From an uncultured delta proteobacterium (lineage in GTDB: Bacteria > Myxococcota_A > Polyangia > Polyangiales > Houyiibacteriaceae), in the NCBI GenBank assembly GCA_963699755.1, contig CAVOVB010000005.1, positions 160,001 through 224,000 of the forward strand: a stretch of 64,000 nt of DNA, in the 5' to 3' direction. Below the pieces are notes generated by a model. The model ran no database searches. It had not been told where the DNA came from and saw only the letters and a program-made list of their open reading frames with translations. A program made the translations under genes and the position numbers. Position 1 is the first letter of the stretch. The number at the start of each line of letters is the position of its first letter. This document shows, in pieces, positions 39,874 through 48,873 of this stretch.

Positions 39874-41406
39874 GTGACGACGCTCATGCTCCGAATTGTC
39901 CCTCTCTTGCTGGCCGCGGCCGCAGGAATTGTCGTCGTCGACGCTGGCTTCGTCTACGACGATCCGTCGGCGTTGCTCGAGAACCCGCTGGTCAACGGCC
40001 AAGCGCCACCGTGGGAAGCCTTTCTGCGAGATTTCTGGGGACGCCCGGCGAGCCACGGCTTCACTACATGGCGGCCCCTGATGCCCCTCGTTTGGGCGCT
40101 GCTTTGGAAGTTGTGGCCAGCGAATCCATTGCCGTTTCATCTCTTGAGCGCATTGCTACACGTCTTGGCGGTCGCTATGAGTATGCGCTTCGTGTATCGC
40201 CTCCACGCCTCGCTCGACTGGGCGGCAGCCGTCGGAACGCTTTTCGCGCTACATCCGCTCAACACCGAAAGCGTCAGCGCCATCGTGGCACAGGCGGATC
40301 TGCTTTCGTTTTCGTTGGTGCTGGCTGCCTGCACGATAGCACTCCGCCCGGCTAGCTTCCGCACTGGAGCACGTTGTGCATCGGCTCTTCTCCTAGCCGC
40401 GCTCGTTAAGGAGTCCGCCATCATCTTCGCGCCGCTTCTGGCGCTCTTGTTCTCGATCCAGCCGGGCGAGAAGCGACTACGCTGGCTTGCCTCGCTTCCT
40501 GTGCTGTTGGTGACGGTCTCCGTGGTCACCATTCAGCTCAGCCTTCCGAGGGCCGCAGGCGCAGCGATATTCACGAACAACCTGGCTCACAAAGCACACG
40601 GAGAGCTTCGTCTGCTGCTCGGTCTCTACAACATCGGACGCTCTGTGCTGATGACGGTGTGGCCTTCACCGATCGCGCCGAACCATGGGTATGCGGCCGT
40701 AGAGCTCGAGGCAGGGGTGCTCGCCCCGTACGCAGCTCTGGGTGGTCTGCTGCTGCTCGCTTCTGTGATCGGGGGGCTGTGGGCCATCAGGCGGGGGCGC
40801 GCGGAATGGGTCGCGGCCCTCTCGTTTCTCTGCGCGCCGGCACTGCTGCAATCGCACTGGTTCGTGCCGTTGATCACAGATCTCGCGGAGCGGCTGCTCT
40901 ATCCCTCGATTCTCGGGATTGCGATGATCGCGGTCATCGCAATCTTCGCGTTGCTGGAGCGGTCTGCGATGCGAGTGCTGGTCGTCGCCTCCTTGGCGAC
41001 GGCTTGCTTCGTCAGCAGCCTCGGGGCGCGCCGTGCTTGGACAGATGAGGATTTGCTTTGGACCTACGCCGTTCGTGTCGAGCCGAGGGCCAGGCTCCAT
41101 CATCACAACGCGTCCAATACCTTCTTTCGCGAGGGCGATCTCGATCGCGGGGCCTACCACCGATTCATCGACGATTACCTGGTGAACCGATTTCCTCGAG
41201 CCGTTCAGTGGGAGGAGATCGAGTCGACTCGTTCGCTCTCGCCCCTGGAGCGCTTCGTCGAGCTTCCCGCGATACTCGAGCCGAGTGATCCCTGCCAGCT
41301 GGTTCGGAACTTCGTGATGACGGCGAAGGAGTATGAGCCACTCTATGAACATGTCATCGAGCATTGGGCACCCCGATACCCTGGCTGCCTTCCTTGGCAA
41401 CCCTGA
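39874..41406 (+). CDS. GT-C membrane protein resembling TMTC-type protein O-mannosyltransferases, with at most a vestigial TPR tail
   Basis: FVYDD...ENPLV, RDFWG, WRPL, FHLLSALLH, LFALHPLNTESV, LVKES, LAERLLYP, W.DE..LW. Confidence 0.7.
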   Translation: MTTLMLRIVPLLLAAAAGIVVVDAGFVYDDPSALLENPLVNGQAPPWEAFLRDFWGRPASHGFTTWRPLMPLVWALLWKLWPANPLPFHLLSALLHVLAVAMSMRFVYRLHASLDWAAAVGTLFALHPLNTESVSAIVAQADLLSFSLVLAACTIALRPASFRTGARCASALLLAALVKESAIIFAPLLALLFSIQPGEKRLRWLASLPVLLVTVSVVTIQLSLPRAAGAAIFTNNLAHKAHGELRLLLGLYNIGRSVLMTVWPSPIAPNHGYAAVELEAGVLAPYAALGGLLLLASVIGGLWAIRRGRAEWVAALSFLCAPALLQSHWFVPLITDLAERLLYPSILGIAMIAVIAIFALLERSAMRVLVVASLATACFVSSLGARRAWTDEDLLWTYAVRVEPRARLHHHNASNTFFREGDLDRGAYHRFIDDYLVNRFPRAVQWEEIESTRSLSPLERFVELPAILEPSDPCQLVRNFVMTAKEYEPLYEHVIEHWAPRYPGCLPWQP

Positions 41407-41417
41407 AGCAACCAGCT

Positions 41418-42125
41418 CTACCGGGCAGCCTTCGCGGATAGAACCACAGGCCGCACCGGGTAGAGCCCGCGAGGCACCTTGAGCCAGGGAAGCCCAATGA
41501 TCGGACGAATCGGATCGCGCCAGCTCGCATCCGCTGGGACGGGATAGTATGATTGGAGATCATCGAATTGCTGACGACGCAAAGTGCTGCGATAGAAGTC
41601 GATGCTGTGCATGACCACCAACGGAATGCCCGCCAAACCCAAGACGAACCTCGTTAGCGGCGCAGCCGCCGCTTCACTGCAGTAGACCGTCCAACTCACC
41701 GAGAACTCGCTAATCCAGACTCGCCCTCCTCTCTTGAGGACGCGCCGGACTTCGGCCAGCACCTTGTTCACTTCCCTGCGGGCGGCGACCCACGATTGGT
41801 CCGTGATGTGGTGTAGCACCAGCGGCAGGACGACGTGATCGAAGCTAGCGTCGGGAAACGAGAGCGCCCGTGCATCATCCAATGCGGTGCAGAGCCCTGC
41901 TTCCCGGTGCGGCCGGAGCATTTCCTCCGACACGTCTGCCACGGTCAAATCGAGATCGGAGAGCGCCTCCTGGGAGTGGCGCGGCCACAGGCCGCCGATC
42001 GACAGAACCCGTCCGGAGACACCCTCCTCGATATGGCGAGCAGCGAGCTGGTTGACGGTGCCCATCCCCGCATCGATCGCGTAGTACTCGCTTGCATTGC
42101 TGTTGAAGAACTCTGACGGCTCCAA
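41418..42125 (-). CDS. Class I SAM-dependent methyltransferase
   Basis: DVSEEML, DARALSFPDASFD, VLHH, RRVLKRGG. Confidence 0.8.
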   Translation of the reverse strand: MEPSEFFNSNASEYYAIDAGMGTVNQLAARHIEEGVSGRVLSIGGLWPRHSQEALSDLDLTVADVSEEMLRPHREAGLCTALDDARALSFPDASFDHVVLPLVLHHITDQSWVAARREVNKVLAEVRRVLKRGGRVWISEFSVSWTVYCSEAAAAPLTRFVLGLAGIPLVVMHSIDFYRSTLRRQQFDDLQSYYPVPADASWRDPIRPIIGLPWLKVPRGLYPVRPVVLSAKAAR

Positions 42126-42161
42126 TGGTTTGTTCCTAGTGCTCAGCTTCGAACGAGACCG

Positions 42162-44021
42162 TCAACGCATCTCCTCTGGGGAGGGGATTGGCTCGGTGCT
42201 TCCCGTGTTTCCGTCTGTGATTTTCCACTGCTCAGCATCCTGCAAAGGTACGAAGAATGGCCGGCAACCGGGCATCCATCTGAGCACCAGGGCCATGCGG
42301 TCCGGGTAGTGCTCCATGAGCCTTCGGTCGTGCGCGATACTGATGTGATTGACCCAAAGGATCGGATTCTGGAAATCCGGATCATTTACCTGGTGTGCGA
42401 AAACGAAATGCCGGGCGTTCGCACACTGACGCGGAATGAGCGGGCGGTTCGCGAAGACAACCGCGGGCGACTTGATTTCCTGCGCCGCAACGACGGCCGG
42501 CCGCCGGAGCACGTCTGAGATCTCGTACAAGGCATACGCCCTCGCTGGGACGTATCCGCACAGCGCCGCGGCAATGAGACCGAGGCAGAGGGCAGTAGGA
42601 AGCCGGGCAACAAAGGGCGAGGAGCCCATCGTGCGGAGGCCGTTCGTCAACCTGGCGGCCCCGAGTCCGCTGAGCATGATGATCGGCAGTGCGATCTCCA
42701 TGTAGTGGACAGGCCCAAACGTATCGATACCCGGACTACGCAGATAGGCATGCGCGACGACGAAACCGAGGACCATCATCCAGAGGATCCAAGCTCTTTG
42801 GTTCGTCCAGGCGGCGAATGGCAAGAAGAGAAACGCACAGGGCCATCCGAACAGAGCGAAGTTGAGTCGTGTCAATGCGACCCCGGTTCGGGCGAACGCC
42901 AGGTCCAAGGTTCCGAAACCGAAGGACGGCGTCCAGTCGTCGGGCAAGCTCGACCAGGCAGAGTAGTGGAAGCCGTTTTCGCGCGCGTAGTCCGCCGCCC
43001 GTTGATACGAGACGTAGCTGACGCTTCCGTTCTGCACTGCGTTGACCGTGAAGAACGCTGCGGCGAACAGCAGCGCAGGTGCAGCGAACGCGAGAATCGG
43101 AGCCCAACGTTTCTCGGGATTGAGACTTCGAACTGCGGCTGCCCAGATGAAGAGGAGTGGAGCTCCTATCGCGACCGCTACCGTCGGACGAACGAAGAAT
43201 GCGACTGAAAAAGCCGTGGCAATGCCCGGGTGTAGCCACCTGGCCCGGTCACCCTGATTGGCGCGAACCGTCAGATAGGTCATCCACGCGAGCGCGAACA
43301 TGCAGGAAGTGTGGGAGAGCTGAGTTGCCGCCGTGAGCTGCACCATCGGAGCCGCAAGGAAAAGAAGCACTCCGATCACAGCCGCTCTGCGCCCCGATAG
43401 CTCCCGCAGCGTCAGGAAGATCGCCGGGACCGTGAGTGCCGAGTACAGCGGGTTCATCAACTGAGGAACGCCGAGCGCAACCCCAGGGGCCAAGAGAGCC
43501 GGCCACCCCATGAAGTATTGCGAATAGTACTTGCCATCGTTGATCATGAAGACGTGATCGAAAAACAGCTTCATCGGCGGGGAGTCAGCGTATAGGCGCC
43601 CGCTCAACAGCAACTCCGAGGAGAATCGGTAGACCGACTCGTCATCCGTCAGGTCGACACCCAGCAGCAGTTGCCAGTGAATTAGAGCAGGAATTGCAAA
43701 TGCGATTGCGCTGAAGGCGAGAATCAGATGGAGATCCGACGTTGCCCGAAGCTGCTCGTGGGTCTCTTGCGCCCAGTCCGCGCCGGCAATGGTGGCGAAC
43801 GCACAAGCAAAGAGCACCGCAGCAATCGAGCCGAAGAGCGTCCAGAATACGAGGAAGTACGCATAGGGGCCTGCCATGACGGTCGTGGAGCCGAGGCGCA
43901 GCTGGTACCAGTCGAAATTGTGGGCACCGACAGACCAGAAGATGCTCAGGGAAAGACACGCGCCCGCAACCAAGGCGGCAACGGCCCATGGCCTGCCGAT
44001 CGGCCCCCCTTGGATGCTCAT
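42162..44021 (-). CDS. GT-C membrane glycosyltransferase (ArnT/PMT-like)
   Basis: TDDESVY acidic motif after N-terminal TMs, SQYFMGWP, many TMs, soluble C-terminal domain. Confidence 0.65.
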   Translation of the reverse strand: MSIQGGPIGRPWAVAALVAGACLSLSIFWSVGAHNFDWYQLRLGSTTVMAGPYAYFLVFWTLFGSIAAVLFACAFATIAGADWAQETHEQLRATSDLHLILAFSAIAFAIPALIHWQLLLGVDLTDDESVYRFSSELLLSGRLYADSPPMKLFFDHVFMINDGKYYSQYFMGWPALLAPGVALGVPQLMNPLYSALTVPAIFLTLRELSGRRAAVIGVLLFLAAPMVQLTAATQLSHTSCMFALAWMTYLTVRANQGDRARWLHPGIATAFSVAFFVRPTVAVAIGAPLLFIWAAAVRSLNPEKRWAPILAFAAPALLFAAAFFTVNAVQNGSVSYVSYQRAADYARENGFHYSAWSSLPDDWTPSFGFGTLDLAFARTGVALTRLNFALFGWPCAFLFLPFAAWTNQRAWILWMMVLGFVVAHAYLRSPGIDTFGPVHYMEIALPIIMLSGLGAARLTNGLRTMGSSPFVARLPTALCLGLIAAALCGYVPARAYALYEISDVLRRPAVVAAQEIKSPAVVFANRPLIPRQCANARHFVFAHQVNDPDFQNPILWVNHISIAHDRRLMEHYPDRMALVLRWMPGCRPFFVPLQDAEQWKITDGNTGSTEPIPSPEEMR

Positions 44022-44725
44022 GCGGATTTCATCCCAACAGAAAGCAGGAGATTCGACTTCAATCCGAGAAATCTGTGGAAGCTGAGCTCGGCGCGAGATC
44101 TCGCATCGGATGGAAGGAGGTCGAGGAACTGCCCCGAATCGAGAAGGTTCAAATTCTCCTCCTTCGAGAAGAACTCGAAACCGGCGGCTGCGTAGATCCG
44201 CCTATACAGCTGGGGAGGAAGGTAGTGGAGCAATGGGGTGACGGTGTGAAACTCGATTGGATGCCGCCGGTTCGGAGTCGTGATGAATGCCCGCTTTCCA
44301 ACCCGGAGTATCTCATCGACAAAGGCACGTTGTCGCTCGCGTGATCCGACGTGCTCGACGACCGCATTCGAGAACACGAGATCGAACGATTCATCGTCGA
44401 AAGGAAGGGGGGCGTTCCGCTCCAGCTGCACGTATTTGCATTGAGGGAAGACTCGTTCGAAGACATCCGGCTCCTCGAGACCCGAGGCGGTAATCCGCTC
44501 CGGATATGGGTAGAGGGAATGCAGGAAATAATCGCGCGTCTCTTCGAGGGAGCCATTGGTGCCCACCTCGAGGATGCTCCAATCCGGCCGGGGCGGAAAC
44601 GCTTCGGCGAACTTACCGTAGATCTTTGCCTGCTCGTTCCGCAAAACCCGGCGTAGCATCCAGCGGGGCAGCGCTTTTGTACGATAGTGGACGCTCCTGT
44701 GCGCCGTTGCATCCATAGCCAACAA
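44018..44725 (-). CDS. Class I SAM-dependent methyltransferase
   Basis: ILEVG, LPFDDESFDLVFSNAVVEHVG, TTPNR..PIEFH. Confidence 0.82.
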   Translation of the reverse strand: MLAMDATAHRSVHYRTKALPRWMLRRVLRNEQAKIYGKFAEAFPPRPDWSILEVGTNGSLEETRDYFLHSLYPYPERITASGLEEPDVFERVFPQCKYVQLERNAPLPFDDESFDLVFSNAVVEHVGSRERQRAFVDEILRVGKRAFITTPNRRHPIEFHTVTPLLHYLPPQLYRRIYAAAGFEFFSKEENLNLLDSGQFLDLLPSDARSRAELSFHRFLGLKSNLLLSVGMKSA

Positions 44726-44849
44726 TTCTCCTGCCTCCAGCTCAGAGGGTCAAGAGAACGGCCTTGTGCTGCAAGGATTGGCAGGAGCCAGAGGGAGCAG
44801 CAAACATTTCGGCCGCGCGGCAGCGTGATACGATCTCGTGTAAGACGAG

Positions 44850-45836
44850 ATGACGAATGCTTATCGCTTTTTCCGGCATGTCTATCAGGATGACCAGATG
44901 CGCGCGCACGCCGAACGGCGTCGAATTGGAAATGACCTGCTGCGGTACGCTCGGAACCGCTCTTTGTTGCCGTTCGAGTGGGCGTTCCGTCGTCGATTTC
45001 GCGACGGGCAATACCCAATTGTCTTCATCGTCGGCGTGCCTCGGTCCGGCACGACGCTTCTGTATCAGTTGATCGCCAAGTTTCTGCCGGTTGCCTACAT
45101 CACGAACCGCATGGCTCGATATTGGATGACGCCGATCACCGGTGCCTTCCTATCGGGAAGCATCGACCGTTCGCAAATCGCATTCGACTCGAGCTATGGC
45201 GCCGGCGCGACCGATATCTCTCCACACGAGTTCTCCTGGTTCTGGCAGTTCTACGGCCATCTGCACGACCACGACGATCTAGACGATGAAGCTCTGGCCG
45301 CAATCGATTGGCCGAGCATCAGGGCTTCTCTATCGGGCTTGGCGGAATGCTCTGGCGCGCCCCTCGTTCTCAAGAGCCTCAACTTCGCCGACTATCAGAT
45401 CCTTTCGCTGCATCGACAGTTCCCGCGGGCGAAGTTCATCTGGATCGAGCGCGACGACATCGCGACGGCGAGGTCGATTCTAGGAGTGCGACATGCTCGC
45501 TACGGCGACCCGTCCATCTGGTGGTCGGTGCGCCCGCGCGACTTTCGGGACTGGGCGGATCGCCCCCCAGAGGAGCAAGTTGCCCACCAGCTGACCGATA
45601 TCGAGCGCTCCATCCAAAATGCCTTCGCATCACTGGAACCAAGCGCTGCCACCAAGACATCCTACGAAACTTTGGTGTCGTCACCGGCGCGAGTAATATC
45701 CGACTTGGCGGAGTTCCTTGGGGTGGACATCATCGATCGCGATTCGCTCGAACGTCTCCAATTGACTCCAAGCAGCGCGCGCGCCGACTCTCAACTGGAG
45801 AAACGCATTGTGAACGCCCTTGGGGTCCGAAAATGA
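44850..45836 (+). CDS. Sulfotransferase
   Basis: FIVGVPRSGTTLL 5'-PSB motif, IERD...S, SYETLV. Confidence 0.85.
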   Translation: MTNAYRFFRHVYQDDQMRAHAERRRIGNDLLRYARNRSLLPFEWAFRRRFRDGQYPIVFIVGVPRSGTTLLYQLIAKFLPVAYITNRMARYWMTPITGAFLSGSIDRSQIAFDSSYGAGATDISPHEFSWFWQFYGHLHDHDDLDDEALAAIDWPSIRASLSGLAECSGAPLVLKSLNFADYQILSLHRQFPRAKFIWIERDDIATARSILGVRHARYGDPSIWWSVRPRDFRDWADRPPEEQVAHQLTDIERSIQNAFASLEPSAATKTSYETLVSSPARVISDLAEFLGVDIIDRDSLERLQLTPSSARADSQLEKRIVNALGVRK

Positions 45837-47038
45837 AGCTAGAACGCCTCCGCGACTGCAGGCCGCCCCCGTTCTATCTCGTCGACGGTGTAGGGCTTCG
45901 CCAACGATACCGCGCCCTCCAGGGCGCCTTCGCAACCGAGTTTCCGAGCTTGATCATCGGGTACTCCTACAAGACTAACTATGTGCCAGCCGTACTGCGT
46001 ATCGTCCACCAGGAAGGAGCCTTTGCCGAGGTCGTGTCCGAGCTCGAGTACGACATCGCAACGAGGCTTGGCGTAGCGCCGAGCAAGATCATTCTCAACG
46101 GCGCGAACAAGAAGCGAAGCACCCTCGAACGCGTCATCGGCGAGGGAGCGATGTGCAACTTGGACAGCATGCGCGAGGTCGAAGACATCGTCGCGATCGC
46201 TCGTGCAAAGCGGCAACCAGCCAAGGTTGGAATCCGGGTCAATCTCGAGCACCCTGAGGGTGTGGGACACCGCTCGCACAGCCGATTTGGCATTCCAAAA
46301 TCCGAGCTCGTCGAAGCCAAAGAACGTCTGCTGAAGGCCGGGGTCCAGGTGGCGGGTGTACACGGGCACTTGTCTTCGCGCGCGCGCAGCCTGGAGGTGG
46401 TCCGGCACGTCGCGAACAGCCTGGTCACCGCGCTCGACATGATGGACCTCGACGCGGTCGACTACATCGACGTGGGTGGCGGGTTTGGGTTCAGTCCCGC
46501 GGGGCTCGACCTGAGCTTCCCGAGCTTCGAGGAGTACGCTGCGACGATTTCGTCCACGCTTGGCGCGCGGGGCCAGTCCTGTGCCGTCATCATCGAGCCC
46601 GGCATCTCCGTGGTGGGCGAGAGCATCGACTACATCGCACCCGTACATTGCATCAAGCGGATCCATGGCAGAAACGTCGCATTCGTCGACGGGAGCGTGC
46701 ACACCGTCAAGCCGTCTCGGCATCGTCACAATTTGCCAACCGAGGTTTTGAACGCAGACTTCACCCCGAAAAATGTATCCACGACGGCGGACTACGACCT
46801 GGTCGGCTACACCTGCATGGACGACGACTACCTCGCCATCGAGCAGACGCTGCCGACCTTGGACGAGGGAGATCTCCTGCGCATTCGAAACGTAGGCGCC
46901 TACACCGTCGTCTTCAAACCTCAGTTCATTCGCGGGGCCCCGGCGATCTACATTCTCGACGACCGAGGTCCGCAGGAAGCGCGTCGGGAGGAATCCGTCG
47001 ATGACTTCCTCTCGACCTACCGGCTGGGGCCATCGTGA
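45833..47038 (+). CDS. PLP-dependent fold-III decarboxylase (diaminopimelate decarboxylase/BtrK-like)
   Basis: YSYKTN, EVVS, SRFG, DVGGG, EPG, GYTCMDDD, GAY; ATG 45833 coupled to the upstream stop. Confidence 0.85.
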   Translation: MKLERLRDCRPPPFYLVDGVGLRQRYRALQGAFATEFPSLIIGYSYKTNYVPAVLRIVHQEGAFAEVVSELEYDIATRLGVAPSKIILNGANKKRSTLERVIGEGAMCNLDSMREVEDIVAIARAKRQPAKVGIRVNLEHPEGVGHRSHSRFGIPKSELVEAKERLLKAGVQVAGVHGHLSSRARSLEVVRHVANSLVTALDMMDLDAVDYIDVGGGFGFSPAGLDLSFPSFEEYAATISSTLGARGQSCAVIIEPGISVVGESIDYIAPVHCIKRIHGRNVAFVDGSVHTVKPSRHRHNLPTEVLNADFTPKNVSTTADYDLVGYTCMDDDYLAIEQTLPTLDEGDLLRIRNVGAYTVVFKPQFIRGAPAIYILDDRGPQEARREESVDDFLSTYRLGPS

Positions 47039-47988
47039 AGGCCAACATCCTGATGACTTGCTGCGGCCGAAAGACGTACTTGGCGGAGATCTTCCGTTCG
47101 TCACCGTTGTGCGGCCTGCTCGCTGCGGCGGACAGCGACCCCCGGGCTACCATCCGACAATTCGTTGACGAATTCATTGCATCGCCTGCCCTTGGCGACG
47201 AACGAGGGTACATCGACGCACTTTTCGACGCCTGTGACAGCTTCGAGATCAACGCAATCATTCCTCAGAATGACCTAGATCTAGTCTTGCTGGCCAAGCA
47301 TCGTGCTCGGTTCGAGTCGGCTGGCGTTCGGGTCTTGGGCGTACCGTGGCGAGTGGCGAGTGCGATGGCCGACAAGCTCGAGTCAGCAACCTGGCTTCAT
47401 GATCACGGCATCCCGTCCCCGGAGACCTCCCTCTTTCTGGCTGACGCTGTCGATTTACCCGTGGTTGCGAAGAGCCGTTTCGGGCAGGGCAGCCATGGCT
47501 TGCACATCTGCCGCACCGCGAATGACCTTCAACGCGTAGGGAAGAACAGCGTCGCGCAGGCATTGCTCGAAGGGAACGAATTCAATCTCGACATCCTTCG
47601 AGACAGTTTCGGCGTCGTGCGCGCCGTGGTCGTGAAGAGGAAGCTCGCCATGCGCGATGGCTCCACGGACAAGGCGGTGTCCGTGCGCGACCAGGGCCTC
47701 GAAGCCTTGGGAAGGCGGCTCGGCGATGCCCTCGAGCTCGAAGGAAGTGCCGACGTCGACGTGATCCAGACCGACGAAGGCGACTTCGTCATCGATGTGA
47801 ACCCTCGCATCGGCGGTGGCTTCCCTTTCACCGCCCAGATCTGTCCGGCCTATGTCGATGCCTTGTTGAAGATCGCTCTCCATCAGCGACCCGACGACAT
47901 CGAAGGCTACCCGCAAGGCGTTGAGATCCATCGGGAGACCCGTTACTGCCGATTGACCGAGCCCCAACGACGGAGCACAAAGGGCTGA
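47035..47988 (+). CDS. ATP-grasp ligase (carbamoyl-phosphate-synthase-like)
   Basis: DKL, KSRFGQGS, Q.LLEGNEF, IDVNPRIGGG. Confidence 0.85.
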   Translation: MKANILMTCCGRKTYLAEIFRSSPLCGLLAAADSDPRATIRQFVDEFIASPALGDERGYIDALFDACDSFEINAIIPQNDLDLVLLAKHRARFESAGVRVLGVPWRVASAMADKLESATWLHDHGIPSPETSLFLADAVDLPVVAKSRFGQGSHGLHICRTANDLQRVGKNSVAQALLEGNEFNLDILRDSFGVVRAVVVKRKLAMRDGSTDKAVSVRDQGLEALGRRLGDALELEGSADVDVIQTDEGDFVIDVNPRIGGGFPFTAQICPAYVDALLKIALHQRPDDIEGYPQGVEIHRETRYCRLTEPQRRSTKG

Positions 47989-47991
47989 ACA

Positions 47992-48819
47992 ATGGCCAAG
48001 AAAGCAAAAACACAGGCCTCGGATGCCGCGGATGAATTCTTGTGCGTGCTCATTCCCTGCTTGAACGAGGAGCCGGTCGTGCGACGTACCGTCGAGGAGG
48101 TTCTGGAGCATGCAGACGCGCTTCCGATGAGGCTAGAAGTTCTCATGATCGACGATGGATCCACCGACCGAACACGGGAGATCATGCAAGAGCTCTGTGC
48201 GGAGTCCCCGCTGTGTCGGATGATTGCGCACGATGTCAACCGCGGACTTGGACGCTGTGTAGTCGAGGCGTACGATACGATCGACGATGGCGCATGGGTG
48301 ACGGTGTTTCCGGGCGACAGCGAATTCGTCTTTGCCGAGTCGATCGACAATCTCCTCGCCGCCCGGCAGGGGCATGACGTCGTTCTCGGCTATCTATACA
48401 ACTCGGTGGTGAGAAAATTGGGGCGCCGCGTGGCTTCGACCGCATTCCTCAAGCTCACCAAGACGCTGTACGGCTTTCGCTGGAGAGCGCTCAACGGAAT
48501 GAAGCTCTACCGCGTCGAGGCGTTCAGAGGTATTCAAACGGTTTCAGGAGGCCACGCCTACATGGCTGAGCTGCTCGCCAAAGCGCAGCTCCGATGCCCG
48601 GAGCTCCGAATCACCGAAGCCCCCTTCATTTCACGCGGCCGGCCGGCCGGGGACTCTCATGCGATCAAGCCCAAGTCCGTGCTGCGAGCGATGCACGAGA
48701 CGTACAAGGGCGCCCGGGATGTAGACAGGTACCGCGACGAAGTCGTTGCTCGCTACCAAGAGGACCTGGCCAAGGGAGAGAAGAGACCGACTTTCATCCC
48801 TCCGCCCACCGGGGATTGA
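47992..48819 (+). CDS. GT2 glycosyltransferase, polyprenol-phosphate glycosyltransferase (Dpm1/ArnC-like)
   Basis: LIPCLNEE, IDDGSTD, NRGLG, PGD, R..GDS. Confidence 0.82.
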   Translation: MAKKAKTQASDAADEFLCVLIPCLNEEPVVRRTVEEVLEHADALPMRLEVLMIDDGSTDRTREIMQELCAESPLCRMIAHDVNRGLGRCVVEAYDTIDDGAWVTVFPGDSEFVFAESIDNLLAARQGHDVVLGYLYNSVVRKLGRRVASTAFLKLTKTLYGFRWRALNGMKLYRVEAFRGIQTVSGGHAYMAELLAKAQLRCPELRITEAPFISRGRPAGDSHAIKPKSVLRAMHETYKGARDVDRYRDEVVARYQEDLAKGEKRPTFIPPPTGD

Positions 48820-48873
48820 GAAACGCTGTGGAGGAGATGCGGTGAGTCCCAAAGGTGCGTTAGGCTTCTCTAG

